Made by a program: the position numbers and the translations under genes
Source of the DNA: an uncultured Pseudomonadota bacterium
GTDB taxonomy: Bacteria > Myxococcota_A > UBA796 > CAJQPC01
DNA: 64,000 bases
Reading direction: 5' to 3'
Assembly (NCBI GenBank): GCA_913060515.1
Contig: CAJXRZ010000022.1
Coordinates: forward strand, 10,442-74,441
Part shown: piece after piece, positions 1-9,188 of the stretch
How the letters are laid out: each line of letters begins with the position of its first letter
Numbering within the stretch: the stretch's first letter is position 1
The notes under the pieces: model-generated
What the model was told of the DNA's origin: nothing
Databases searched by the model: none
What the model saw: only the letters and a program-made list of their open reading frames with translations

Positions 1-96
1 CCAGCCAAGAGGTTCGTTGCGCCTCCGGATCAACACCACGCCTTCCCCCTGCGCGATGATCAAGTCCACGGTGGGTGTGGGGTTCCGGTACTCCAT
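1..96 (-). CDS. NUDIX hydrolase (ADP-ribose pyrophosphatase-like), N-terminal part; runs off window start
   Basis: Manual translation from ATG at 96: MEYRNPTPTVDLIIAQGEGVVLIRRRNEPLGW, the typical N-terminus preceding the NUDIX box; GGAG upstream. Not in the ORF track. Confidence 0.8.
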   Translation of the reverse strand, partial: MEYRNPTPTVDLIIAQGEGVVLIRRRNEPLGW

Positions 97-158
97 CGGG
101 TCGGCTCCATTTGCAGCAATCTTAGTGGTGCTAGAGTCTATCCCTCTCCGGAGGACGG

Positions 159-1445
159 ATGCCCCCAGTGCTGATCGGCAGCGGACCCTGTGCTTTGCGC
201 GCAGCGGCTGCCATACCCGAGGTCCAGTGGTTGGACGCGAGCCCCTTTGTAGTGGACCACCCACACCTGCCCGTAGACATGGGGGTGTTTGAGGATCACG
301 GCACCGCGGAGATCGTGCGAGAGCTGGCTGGTGGAGCTCCCCAGGTCACGCTGCGCAGCGAGATGCTGGCGAAGGGGCGACGCTTGGAGCTGCCCTTCAG
401 ACGCAGGGAGCTTGCGCGCATGCTGCCCCTGCAGGGCGCTCAACGGGCCCTGACGGACTGGACCAAGACCCGGGCCAACATCCGGGCGCGTGAGGTCATC
501 GGAGGCGGCCACGAGCAGCGCAGCTACCAAGACTGGGTTGTCTACCGCTACGGCCGTGCGCTCTACGAGCAGCTGCATGCGCCCTATGCGCAGCGGCGCT
601 TTGGCGAGCCGGAGCAGGTGGCCATCGCGTTGGCGAAGATTCACCACGGCGTGATCGAGTCACCGGGGTGGGCGCGCTTTGGACAGAGCGCCAGCGCCGC
701 CCACCAAGGGCTGCTCTCTCACACCCAGCGCGATTCCGCGGACATGGAAGGTGTAGAGCTCAAAGACGGGAAGGTCTGCGCGGTGTTCACGGACCAAGGG
801 CGGGTCGAGACGGAGCGCCTGTTCTGGGCCGGTCCCGTTCCCGAGCTGGCGGAGTGGCTCGAGGGAGAGATCCCCGAGATCCTCGCGGTGGACATGCGCC
901 GCCTCAAGACCCGGCACCGCATCGAGGCCTTCTTGCCGATGCCAGGGGCGGATCTGCTGCCCGAGGTGCTGCACATCGTAGACAAGGCGCCCTTCTTTCG
1001 GGTCACACCTGTCTCCATGCAGGACGACGGGAAAATCGACGGTGTCTGTTGCCACATCGCACTGGACGATGGCGCCCCGGAGTGGGGAATGGGCGATGCC
1101 CGACTGCTGGTCCAGTGCGCTGAAGCCCTCACCCTGTTGGAGATCGGCCGAGCCGATGAGTCCAAGGGTCTGCTCCGTCGAATGGCCGACTATGACCCGG
1201 CCTGGCAGGTGGGAAGATGGTTCCCGGACGCGACCCGAGTGACGCGCGCCATGCATGAGATGGGCATCAGCCTCGTCGGACGCAGCGCCGCATACAGGTG
1301 GATGGACCCAGGTCAGGCCCTCCGCTTGGGCCGCAGCATTGGCCAAGAGCCGGATGCCTGGCATGAGGCCTTGCGCACACAGGTGGATCCGCCGATCCGA
1401 CTTGCGGACGAAGGGGTGCCCGTGACCCGTTACGTCGAGCGCTGA
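159..1445 (+). CDS. FAD/NAD-binding oxidoreductase-like protein (UDP-galactopyranose mutase/protoporphyrinogen oxidase-like), divergent
   Basis: N-terminal VLIGSGPCAL Rossmann-like motif; SYQDWVVYRYGRALYEQLHAPY and C-terminal LVGRSAAYRW segments resemble this family. Confidence 0.55.
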   Translation: MPPVLIGSGPCALRAAAAIPEVQWLDASPFVVDHPHLPVDMGVFEDHGTAEIVRELAGGAPQVTLRSEMLAKGRRLELPFRRRELARMLPLQGAQRALTDWTKTRANIRAREVIGGGHEQRSYQDWVVYRYGRALYEQLHAPYAQRRFGEPEQVAIALAKIHHGVIESPGWARFGQSASAAHQGLLSHTQRDSADMEGVELKDGKVCAVFTDQGRVETERLFWAGPVPELAEWLEGEIPEILAVDMRRLKTRHRIEAFLPMPGADLLPEVLHIVDKAPFFRVTPVSMQDDGKIDGVCCHIALDDGAPEWGMGDARLLVQCAEALTLLEIGRADESKGLLRRMADYDPAWQVGRWFPDATRVTRAMHEMGISLVGRSAAYRWMDPGQALRLGRSIGQEPDAWHEALRTQVDPPIRLADEGVPVTRYVER

Positions 1446-2138
1446 TCAGGCCACCATGACCCCAAAGAGCCGGCCCACAAGCGCGCTGGCTCCCATCGCG
1501 AGGGCGCCCCAAAGGCTCACGCGCAAGGCGGCCTTCCACATGGACGAGCCGCCCAACTTGGCCGAGCCCACCCCAAGCAAAGCAAGGCCGGCCAGAGAGC
1601 CGAGGCTGAGCAGCAAGGGGAGCTGTGGCAGAGGGCTGAGGAAGGTCAGCGCCAGGGGCCAAGCTGCACCCACGGCGAAGCTCGCAGCGGACACCAGGGC
1701 TGCCTGAATGGGCTTGGCTGCGGCCTCCTCACTCAGGCCCAGCTCGTCTCGTGCGTGAGCCCCCAGCGCATCGTGGGCTGTGAGCTGCTGGGCCACCTCC
1801 AGGGCCAACTCTGGCGTGAGGCCGCGCAAGCGGTAGATCCCCGCCAGCTCTTGCAGCTCGTGCTCAGGATCCTCCGCCAGCTCCTGCCGCTCTCTGGCCA
1901 GGTCCGCAGCTTCGGTGTCTGCTTGGGAGCTGACGGAGACGTATTCGCCGGTCGCCATCGAGAGCGCACCGGCCGTGAGTGCTGCTACACCAGCGACGAG
2001 AAGCTCCCGCGTCCCAGCTTGGGTCGCGGCGATGCCCATCAAGAGGCTTGCGGTCGACAGGATGCCGTCGTTCGCGCCCAAGACGGCTGCCCGGAGCCAA
2101 CCGACGCGGTCCAAGTAGTGGCGTTCATGATGGCTCAA
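1446..2138 (-). CDS. VIT1/CCC1 family Fe/Mn transporter
   Basis: WLRAAVLGANDGILS, GALSMATGEYVSVSSQAD and AHARDELG signatures. Confidence 0.93.
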   Translation of the reverse strand: MSHHERHYLDRVGWLRAAVLGANDGILSTASLLMGIAATQAGTRELLVAGVAALTAGALSMATGEYVSVSSQADTEAADLARERQELAEDPEHELQELAGIYRLRGLTPELALEVAQQLTAHDALGAHARDELGLSEEAAAKPIQAALVSAASFAVGAAWPLALTFLSPLPQLPLLLSLGSLAGLALLGVGSAKLGGSSMWKAALRVSLWGALAMGASALVGRLFGVMVA

Positions 2139-2659
2139 TCGTCGTCCTCATCGTCATCGTGGTGTTCTTGGAGTGCATCGCCCCCTGGAGGGATTCCCGC
2201 GCTGCTCGCATACGCTTGAGCTGCGCCGTGTTTGTACACCAGTTCTCCGCCGGCCTGTCCGCATCGAGCGCCCAGCCCCAGTACGACGAGGCTGCCCAGG
2301 ACCGAGACCCCCGCCAGGGGGAGGCCAGCCTTGGACTTGGCCAAGCCCAATGCTCCGGCCATGGTGAGCAGGACGAGCCCGCTGCCCAGAACGAAGACCT
2401 CCGCCGCCTCCTCATGGGCATGGATGGCGGCCGCTGAGACGATCTGCTCGACCCGGTCCTCCTCCGTCTCGCCTGTTCTTTTCGCCAAGAGTCCAGAGGC
2501 CAGGAGCAGCACTTGGAGTCCCAGCACGATGCTCCATGTGCCGGAGGGCAGCCAGCGCCGCCACCATGCGAGCAGCACACCACCGGAGACCAAGGGCATC
2601 AGGAGGCCCAGGGCGATGGGAAGATGTACGAGCTTTGGGTGGAAGAGAAGAGCGTCCAT
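2135..2659 (-). CDS. DUF2231-like membrane protein
   Basis: HPKLVHLPIAL start, 4 TM segments, GGELVYKHGA motif, His/acidic tail; stop overlaps VIT start. Confidence 0.75.
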   Translation of the reverse strand: MDALLFHPKLVHLPIALGLLMPLVSGGVLLAWWRRWLPSGTWSIVLGLQVLLLASGLLAKRTGETEEDRVEQIVSAAAIHAHEEAAEVFVLGSGLVLLTMAGALGLAKSKAGLPLAGVSVLGSLVVLGLGARCGQAGGELVYKHGAAQAYASSAGIPPGGDALQEHHDDDEDDD

Positions 2660-2781
2660 GGTGCCTCCGGGGCAACCTCAACAATCTCGCCTCTCTGGGG
2701 CTCGTCGTCCTTCCATCTTCTGTTGCATGCCGTGGAATTACAGCCGCTTAGGCGCTGTCTGTACCACGGATGATGCGGGCC

Positions 2782-3258
2782 CTACTGGATCAGGTTGATG
2801 CAGTAGTCAGCGTAGAAGTAGTCGGTGCTGAAGCTGCCTTCTTCGTCCGAGAAGGTGATGTCGAAGCTGCCCTCCAAAGGCTGGCGGTCGACCACCTCTC
2901 CCACCGTGATGGTTCCGGTGCGGTCGCGCACCTCGTTGAAGGCGCCTCCGGACACGATCAAGGTCTTGGCGTCCACCACGGCGTCCGTGCCCTCGGTGGA
3001 GAACACGCCCTCGCTCACGTCTGGCGCGTCAAAGGAGAACTGCAGGGCCACCATGTTGAAGTCCACGGGGGCGGTGCCTTGGTCGTAGGTTCGACGGGTG
3101 AAGTCCAGCTCCCGGCAGTCCAGTTCATCCTTGACGAAGACGATGAAGGGTCCGCCCCACATGGCCGTCAAGGGCTCGCCCATCGACTCGCCAGCGACGT
3201 TGCCGTCGATGATGGTGGGGTCAGCGCCACAGGCCATCAGGCCAAGCAGAATCAGCAT
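2782..3258 (-). CDS. hypothetical lipoprotein
   Basis: AAGGAG RBS, in-frame TAA 12 nt upstream of ATG, MLILLGLMA-C lipobox, acidic beta-rich body. Confidence 0.7.
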   Translation of the reverse strand: MLILLGLMACGADPTIIDGNVAGESMGEPLTAMWGGPFIVFVKDELDCRELDFTRRTYDQGTAPVDFNMVALQFSFDAPDVSEGVFSTEGTDAVVDAKTLIVSGGAFNEVRDRTGTITVGEVVDRQPLEGSFDITFSDEEGSFSTDYFYADYCINLIQ

Positions 3259-3292
3259 GGGGTCTCCTTAGATGGGCGCAGCCTAACCGCCT

Positions 3293-4072
3293 TCAGCGCC
3301 CTTTACCTTGTGAGAGCTTTGCCAGGGCTTTGCGCTGGGCGGCTCCTCCCCACAGCTTCAGGAAGCTCTCTCGCTCCGCTTGAGGGCTTTGAAGGGCCGC
3401 TTTGGCCCCACGGACCGACTCCGCTGGCAGGGCGCTCAGCTCCTGCAGCAGGGTCTCTGTCTCTGCCTCCGCATCCGAGGCCAAGCTGTGCCAGAGGGCC
3501 GGATGCTGGGGCAGATCGAGGGGCCGAGCCCGCGCAAGCACCGCCAGAGCCTGGCTGTAGCCCAACAGATCCTTCAGGCGCGCGGCGCCGCCCCAACCTG
3601 GACTCAAGCCAAGGCGGGCGTGCACGAACTGCACCCGGGCATCGCTCTGAATCACACGCAGATCCGCACAGGTCATCAGCTCCGCGCCGCCGCCTACGGC
3701 CGCGCCTTGCACACACGCCACGCTGAGCTGCGGAAGGGCGCGCAGGCGGGCACACACCTGGCCCATGAAGGTGAGCATTGCCTGCGCCAGGTCAGGTCGG
3801 TCCAGGGCGCCTCTGACGGCGCTCAAGTCGCTTCCGGCGCAGAAGGCCTTGGCGCCTTGGCCCCGGATGCAGAGCAGGGCACCGGGCCAGGCCTCGAGGG
3901 CCTCGACTGCGGAGGCCAGCTGGATCATCATGGCCGGGCTGATGGCGTTTCGGGCGCTGGGATGGTCAATGACCAGGCGCGCAACCGTCCCCTCAAGGTC
4001 CAAACGAACACGCCCCGACCCTCCAAGAGCGGAGAGCGAGGCGCGTGCGGTCTCGAAGGAGAGAGGCTCCAA
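3293..4072 (-). CDS. enoyl-CoA hydratase/isomerase family protein, ECHDC1 (ethylmalonyl-CoA decarboxylase)-like
   Basis: AFCAGSDL, AVGGGAEL, FVHARLGLSPGWGG and C-terminal LWGG motifs. Confidence 0.85.
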   Translation of the reverse strand: MEPLSFETARASLSALGGSGRVRLDLEGTVARLVIDHPSARNAISPAMMIQLASAVEALEAWPGALLCIRGQGAKAFCAGSDLSAVRGALDRPDLAQAMLTFMGQVCARLRALPQLSVACVQGAAVGGGAELMTCADLRVIQSDARVQFVHARLGLSPGWGGAARLKDLLGYSQALAVLARARPLDLPQHPALWHSLASDAEAETETLLQELSALPAESVRGAKAALQSPQAERESFLKLWGGAAQRKALAKLSQGKGR

Positions 4073-4086
4073 GGCCTGCCTCCCAG

Positions 4087-5733
4087 CTAGTCTTCGTCCC
4101 GGCGACGCAGTGCGACGATGGCCAGGGGCAGCAGGAGCATCCAGAAGGTGCGGGAGCGGCCTTGGACGCCGGAGCAGCCGCCGGAGCAGCCGCCGCCATC
4201 GTCACAGCCGGAGGCCTCGTAGGGGATGGGGCCGATTCCAGCCCAGATGCCGAGCCAGTCACGCTGGGTGCCGGCCGCTTCGATGTCCATGCTCGTCAGG
4301 CCGATGCCTTCGACGCCAGGGAGTCCGAATGCGATGTCCTCGAGCAGGCCGCCGACGACAGTCTCCAGAATGGTGTCCAAGCCACCACCGAAGTTCTCCA
4401 GGATCTCGTCGTTCGTGCCAACGACCAGCTCATTGGAGGCCACGCTCGGCGTGATCTGCTCGGAGCTCAAGGCCACCTCGACCGCCAGCTGTCCTGTGCT
4501 GCCGTCAAAGGCCATGTCCACGCCGGTGGCCACGTCCAGGTCGATTCCGACCACCTTGGCCATGCGGTCGTCCACCTGGGCGTAGAACTCAAGCCCAAGC
4601 TGGTCCACCGCGATGTCCATGTGGTGGGTGCCGTCGAAGTCCACCACCGGTGGGTTCACGGGGCGGGTGGCGATGATCATCTCCTGGGTCTCAGGGAAGA
4701 GATCGTTGTAGACCTCGCCCGCGAAGAGGTTCAGAAGAGAGGTGTTGATTGGAAGGGGGTCTTCGCCGGCCAGCTCGTAGCAGAGCACGCCGCCAACCCA
4801 GACCGCGTACATGGCCTGGTTGATGAAGTCATCGCTGAGCGCAACGCCCAGCTCGGTGCCGCTTGGCAGGCTCTGGATGGTGGGGGGAGGACCATCGGTC
4901 CGCAAGGATCCGCCGCTGTCCACGACGCAGGCTGCGGGAGGCGCAGAGACGCTTCCGTCCATCACCACGCTCATGCCAGAGGGCTTGATGATGATGTCGC
5001 TGGGGTACAGCTCCAAGCTCAGAGTGGTGTCCAAGACGTCGATGTCTTCTTGGATGCTGGCGGCCGAGAAGGCCTCTTCGACCGCCTCTTCAAGCTGAGG
5101 GCCAAAGTCGGCGATGGCGCTCTCAAGCTGGCTCTCAACCAAGCCGAAGATCAGCTCGTAGAGGCTCAAACCCACCCAGTTGAGGATCTCCTCCAGATCA
5201 CCGATCCAGCAGTCCAGCTCCAGGTAGTCGGTGATGTCGGCGTACGCGACGTTCACATCGCCCAAGGTGGCGTCCAGCACAGGGAAGCCGTCGGGCCCCT
5301 GCACGATGTCCATGGCCATCTGGGTGTTGAGGTTGACCTCGAAGGGCTCGACGTAGCCAGGGCAGTCGGAGCCGATGCAGGCCACTTCGTATTCAATGTT
5401 GAACTTGTCGCTGGAGTCGTTCACGTTGACCAGCAGGTCCACCGTGATGTCCAGGACGCCGTTGCCAGGCGAGATGTCTGCGCTGATCAGGTTGACCCCG
5501 ATCCACAGATTGTCCATCTTGAATTCGTAGTTGAAGCACCAAGTGCCGCCATCGGTGTTGATCGCCTCACCGATGTCGATGCGTTCAGGCAGCAACGTGG
5601 GGATCAAGTCCACCGCAGCGTCCAGCCCGGTCTTGGTCACATGCAGCTCGGCTGCATCCTCGATCACGACCCCTGGGGGCCACGTCTCCGCCTGGACGAG
5701 CGGGGCAGAGAGAAGGAGTAGGAGCGAGGACAC
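4087..5733 (-). CDS. secreted acidic protein with MYXO-CTERM-like tail, possible BPI/LBP (TULIP) fold
   Basis: Signal peptide; C-terminal GGGCSGGCS, hydrophobic stretch and RRR; LHVTKTGLD and VALSDDFINQAMYAVW segments. Confidence 0.7.
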   Translation of the reverse strand: MSSLLLLLSAPLVQAETWPPGVVIEDAAELHVTKTGLDAAVDLIPTLLPERIDIGEAINTDGGTWCFNYEFKMDNLWIGVNLISADISPGNGVLDITVDLLVNVNDSSDKFNIEYEVACIGSDCPGYVEPFEVNLNTQMAMDIVQGPDGFPVLDATLGDVNVAYADITDYLELDCWIGDLEEILNWVGLSLYELIFGLVESQLESAIADFGPQLEEAVEEAFSAASIQEDIDVLDTTLSLELYPSDIIIKPSGMSVVMDGSVSAPPAACVVDSGGSLRTDGPPPTIQSLPSGTELGVALSDDFINQAMYAVWVGGVLCYELAGEDPLPINTSLLNLFAGEVYNDLFPETQEMIIATRPVNPPVVDFDGTHHMDIAVDQLGLEFYAQVDDRMAKVVGIDLDVATGVDMAFDGSTGQLAVEVALSSEQITPSVASNELVVGTNDEILENFGGGLDTILETVVGGLLEDIAFGLPGVEGIGLTSMDIEAAGTQRDWLGIWAGIGPIPYEASGCDDGGGCSGGCSGVQGRSRTFWMLLLPLAIVALRRRDED

Positions 5734-5828
5734 GGAGGACTCCGGGACGGGGGGCTGCCGGGCACTCTACCTGTGCTTTGGCGCGCAGGCCAGCGGGAGC
5801 TCACTTCAGCAGCGAATCAAGGCTGCTT

Positions 5829-7568
5829 TCAGTCGTAGCCAAAGGCCTCGGCAGCGCTCTTGAGCTTGAGATCCGGTTGCCCCGGCTTGAGGCATAGAAA
5901 GGGGCCCAGGGCCATGGCGTCCATCTTGGTGCGCATGAAGCAGAGGTAGGCGTCCTCTGGGGTGTTCACGATGGGTTCGCCGCGCACGTTCAAGCTGGTG
6001 TTGATGACGATTGGGCAGCCCGTTCGCTTGAAGAAGGTCTCGATCAGGTCGTGATAGAGCGGCTCTTGCTCCGGGTTCACGGTCTGAATGCGCGCGCTCC
6101 CGTCCACGTGCGTGATGGCTTGGAGCTGCTCTCGGTATTTGGTGCGCACTGGGGCCACCAAGAGCATGTAGGGAGAGGGGCGGTCGATCTCGAAGTACTC
6201 CTCGACCTGAGACTCCAGGCAGGAGGGGGCGAAGGGCCGGAAGCCTTCTCGAAATTTGATGCGCATGTTGATGATGCTGCGCATCTCCGGGTGGCGCGCA
6301 TCGCCGAGGATCGAGCGATGACCCAGAGCTCGGGGGCCCCACTCCAGGCGGTCCTGGTACCAGCCGACCACGTGAGCGGTGTCCAGCAGCTCCGCCACCT
6401 CGTCCAGTAGGGGTTGGCGCTCCAAGCGACGGTACACAGCCCCGTAGCGGTCCAGAGTGGCTCGAATCTCCTCTTCGCTGTACCCGGGCCCCAAGTAGGG
6501 GGTGGGGAGCCTGGGGCCCTGTGGGTTCTCCAGGAGCTGGTGCCAAGCCACCAGGGCGGCCCCCATGGCGCCTCCAGCGTCACCGGCCGCTGGCTGGATG
6601 TAGAGCTCGTCCGGCTTGGCCTCGCGCAGGATGTGACCGTTGGCGACGCAGTTGAGGGCGACCCCGCCGGCCATGCAGAGCTTTCTGGAGCCCGCGGCAT
6701 CCATCGCGGACTTGGCCAGCTTGACCATGACCTCGTTGAAGAGCTCCTGAATGGAGCGCGCTGCGTTCTGGTAGTGCGCCGACATCTCGCCATCGCCCAG
6801 GGGCCGCTTTGGTGCGCCCATCAAGTCCTCGAAGGCGGTGGTGAACATGGCCTCGCCGCGCTCAAAGGCGAAGTACTCCATGTTCAAGCGGAAGCTGCCG
6901 TCGTCCTTGACGTCGATGAGCTGACGCACCTCTTCCATCAAGGTGGGCTCGCCATATGGGGCCAGGCCCATCAGCTTGTACTCGGCCGAGTTGACCTTGA
7001 AGCCGCAGTAGAAGGTCATCGCGGAGTAGAGCAGTCCCAGCGAGTGGGGGAAGCGGATCTCGTCGAGCAGGGTGAGCTTGTTGCCCTCGCCGACGCCTCT
7101 GCTGCAGGTCGCCCACTCACCGACGCCGTCCACGGTCAACACAGCGGCCTTCTCAAAGCCCGAGGTGTAGTAGGCACTGGCCGCGTGGCTGAGGTGGTGC
7201 TCGCTGTAGAGGATGGGCCCGCTAAAGCCAATTTCATCCTTGAGGATCTTGCGAAGCCGCAGGCGGGTACCCATCCAGCGGGGCATGCTCGTCACGAAGC
7301 TCTTGAAGGAGCCGGGAAAGTGCTCCATCTGATAGCGCAGCAGACGGTCGAACTTGACCAGCGGCTTGTCGTAGAAGGCGACGGCATCGATCTGATCAGC
7401 GCGGATGCCGGCCTGTTTGAGCGCCCACCGAATCCCCTGGATGGGGAAGTCGGAGTCGTGTTTCTTGCGCGTGAAGGCCTGCTCGGAGGCGGCCGCGATG
7501 GGCACACCCTCGCGCAGCAAGCACACAGCAGCGTCGTGGTAAAAGCAGGACAGGCCAAGGATGTGCAT
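5829..7568 (-). CDS. carbamoyltransferase, NodU/CmcH family
   Basis: MHILGLSCFYHDAA, EHHLSHAASAYY, DGVGEW, EYKLMGLAPYG, GGVALNCVAN, GPRALGHRSIL, INTSLNVRGEPIV; start moved to ATG 7568. Confidence 0.95.
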   Translation of the reverse strand: MHILGLSCFYHDAAVCLLREGVPIAAASEQAFTRKKHDSDFPIQGIRWALKQAGIRADQIDAVAFYDKPLVKFDRLLRYQMEHFPGSFKSFVTSMPRWMGTRLRLRKILKDEIGFSGPILYSEHHLSHAASAYYTSGFEKAAVLTVDGVGEWATCSRGVGEGNKLTLLDEIRFPHSLGLLYSAMTFYCGFKVNSAEYKLMGLAPYGEPTLMEEVRQLIDVKDDGSFRLNMEYFAFERGEAMFTTAFEDLMGAPKRPLGDGEMSAHYQNAARSIQELFNEVMVKLAKSAMDAAGSRKLCMAGGVALNCVANGHILREAKPDELYIQPAAGDAGGAMGAALVAWHQLLENPQGPRLPTPYLGPGYSEEEIRATLDRYGAVYRRLERQPLLDEVAELLDTAHVVGWYQDRLEWGPRALGHRSILGDARHPEMRSIINMRIKFREGFRPFAPSCLESQVEEYFEIDRPSPYMLLVAPVRTKYREQLQAITHVDGSARIQTVNPEQEPLYHDLIETFFKRTGCPIVINTSLNVRGEPIVNTPEDAYLCFMRTKMDAMALGPFLCLKPGQPDLKLKSAAEAFGYD

Positions 7569-7597
7569 CGCGGCCATTCTACTCCCAGGAGAGCCCT

Positions 7598-8551
7598 TTG
7601 AGCGCCAAGGCATCCGGACTTCGCCACGTGGAGCTGGACGCAGCTCGCCTAAGTCGAGGGGAGCGTGGGGCTTCGCTTCCGGTCTGGCGGCAACGCCTGC
7701 AAGGGGCAGGGGTCCTTAGTTTGGGCGATGAACTGCCCCCGGAGCACCCCGCCTCCGCGGTTTTGGAGCAGTGGTCCCTCTTGGAGCGCAGCGCTGAATC
7801 TGCCCCCAAACGAGGTCTGATCAAAGCGGGCATTGCTGTGCTTGCGTGGCTGGCCATCAGCGTGCCGCTCTGGATCTTTTTGAACGTGATCGGCCAAGGG
7901 ATCAGCATCGCACTGGGGCTGGGTGCCTTCGTCTGGATCCTCAAGGGCGAGCGTCGGCGCGGTCCCAGCGCTCATGAAACAGACGCAGCCGAGGGCTTGG
8001 CTCAAGCGGTGGACAAGTTGATGGCCCACAGCTTCATCGCGGTCCATCAAGGGGTGGTGTTCTCCTATTCGGCCGACCTGCATTTCTTGGAGACACGCAT
8101 CCGAGATGGGGAGCGCAGCCGGCGCGCGATGAGAGAGAAGACGGCCGACATGCTGCGCCTGGAGAAGGAGCTACGCCGCAGCAACGCCAAGCTCGAGCTT
8201 GACGAGTCCGACCCGGATCTGGAGGCACTCAAGGCGGAGCAAGGCAAGCTGAACGCCGACTACGCGGCTCTCACTGACCTGGTCAAAGAGCTGCGCGAGC
8301 AGAAAGAGTCCCTAGAGAGCCGCACCCAGGCGCGCCTGGCGCTCGCTCAACGGCAGGCCCTCAGTGAACAGGTCGATGCTCTGGTTGACCGGGACGCCGA
8401 GCGCGCTGCCCGTCAGGCCGCAGAGCTCGAGGTCGACATGCTGGAGATCGAAGGGCGCCTGAGGGCCCTGGATGTCCAGGTCTCCGATGACGATGCCCGG
8501 CTCAAAGCGACGATGGAGGTCCGGGCTCTGGAAGCTGCAGGCCGTCGATAA
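7598..8551 (+). CDS. hypothetical membrane protein with C-terminal coiled coil
   Basis: Two adjacent TM helices followed by a long heptad-rich charged region. Confidence 0.65.
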   Translation: MSAKASGLRHVELDAARLSRGERGASLPVWRQRLQGAGVLSLGDELPPEHPASAVLEQWSLLERSAESAPKRGLIKAGIAVLAWLAISVPLWIFLNVIGQGISIALGLGAFVWILKGERRRGPSAHETDAAEGLAQAVDKLMAHSFIAVHQGVVFSYSADLHFLETRIRDGERSRRAMREKTADMLRLEKELRRSNAKLELDESDPDLEALKAEQGKLNADYAALTDLVKELREQKESLESRTQARLALAQRQALSEQVDALVDRDAERAARQAAELEVDMLEIEGRLRALDVQVSDDDARLKATMEVRALEAAGRR

Positions 8552-9188
8552 AGGTGACCCACTCCGTTGCGCGGGTGTGTCCGTGACTGCCTGGTGGCGC
8601 CGAGGCGGCCACAGTGCTCCAGTGGCGGTGCACGAAGGCTGCGTGCTGCGCGAGCAGGGGGTCGCCGTGCTCCAGGAGTCTGGGGCCGAAGAGCAGAGTG
8701 TGCCCTGTGCTGACCTCGACGCCGGGTTCGATGCGTAGGATTTCGGCGCAGCGCTCGTTCTCCGGCGCCAGGCTCTCTTCAACAATGCGCCAACCGGCCG
8801 CCTTCAGGCCCCTTCTCAGAGTGTCGGTGCGGTCTGGAGAGTGAACGACGGCGGTCTTTGGCTTGGGGCCTGCAGCCAGGATCTCCAGGATGGTGTGTGG
8901 GCCCATCCCGGCGATGATGCAGACGTCCACGTGGCGTAGGCCGCGCATGCCATCGGCGACCATCATCTGCATGGGGTAGCCGTTGGCGCTGCGGTTTCGG
9001 GGAAGTCGGTGGGCCATTCGCTCGCTGCCGATGACCGTGGCCTGGAGGCCCCGGGTGCGCACCAGGTCGTGCAGCAGAGCTGTGAGCTGGCCGTGGTCGC
9101 AGCCTACATCCACCACCACGCCGTGGATGTGTGGCTCCACCATCTTCAGAATGGCCTGCAGACGGGCCAAACCTTTCTTCTTGCTCAT
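8502..9188 (-). CDS. trmK: tRNA (adenine(22)-N1)-methyltransferase TrmK-like SAM methyltransferase
   Basis: RLQAILKMV, VVDVGCDHGQL, ADGMRGL and IIAGMGPHTILEIL motifs. Confidence 0.75.
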   Translation of the reverse strand: MSKKKGLARLQAILKMVEPHIHGVVVDVGCDHGQLTALLHDLVRTRGLQATVIGSERMAHRLPRNRSANGYPMQMMVADGMRGLRHVDVCIIAGMGPHTILEILAAGPKPKTAVVHSPDRTDTLRRGLKAAGWRIVEESLAPENERCAEILRIEPGVEVSTGHTLLFGPRLLEHGDPLLAQHAAFVHRHWSTVAASAPPGSHGHTRATEWVTFIDGLQLPEPGPPSSL

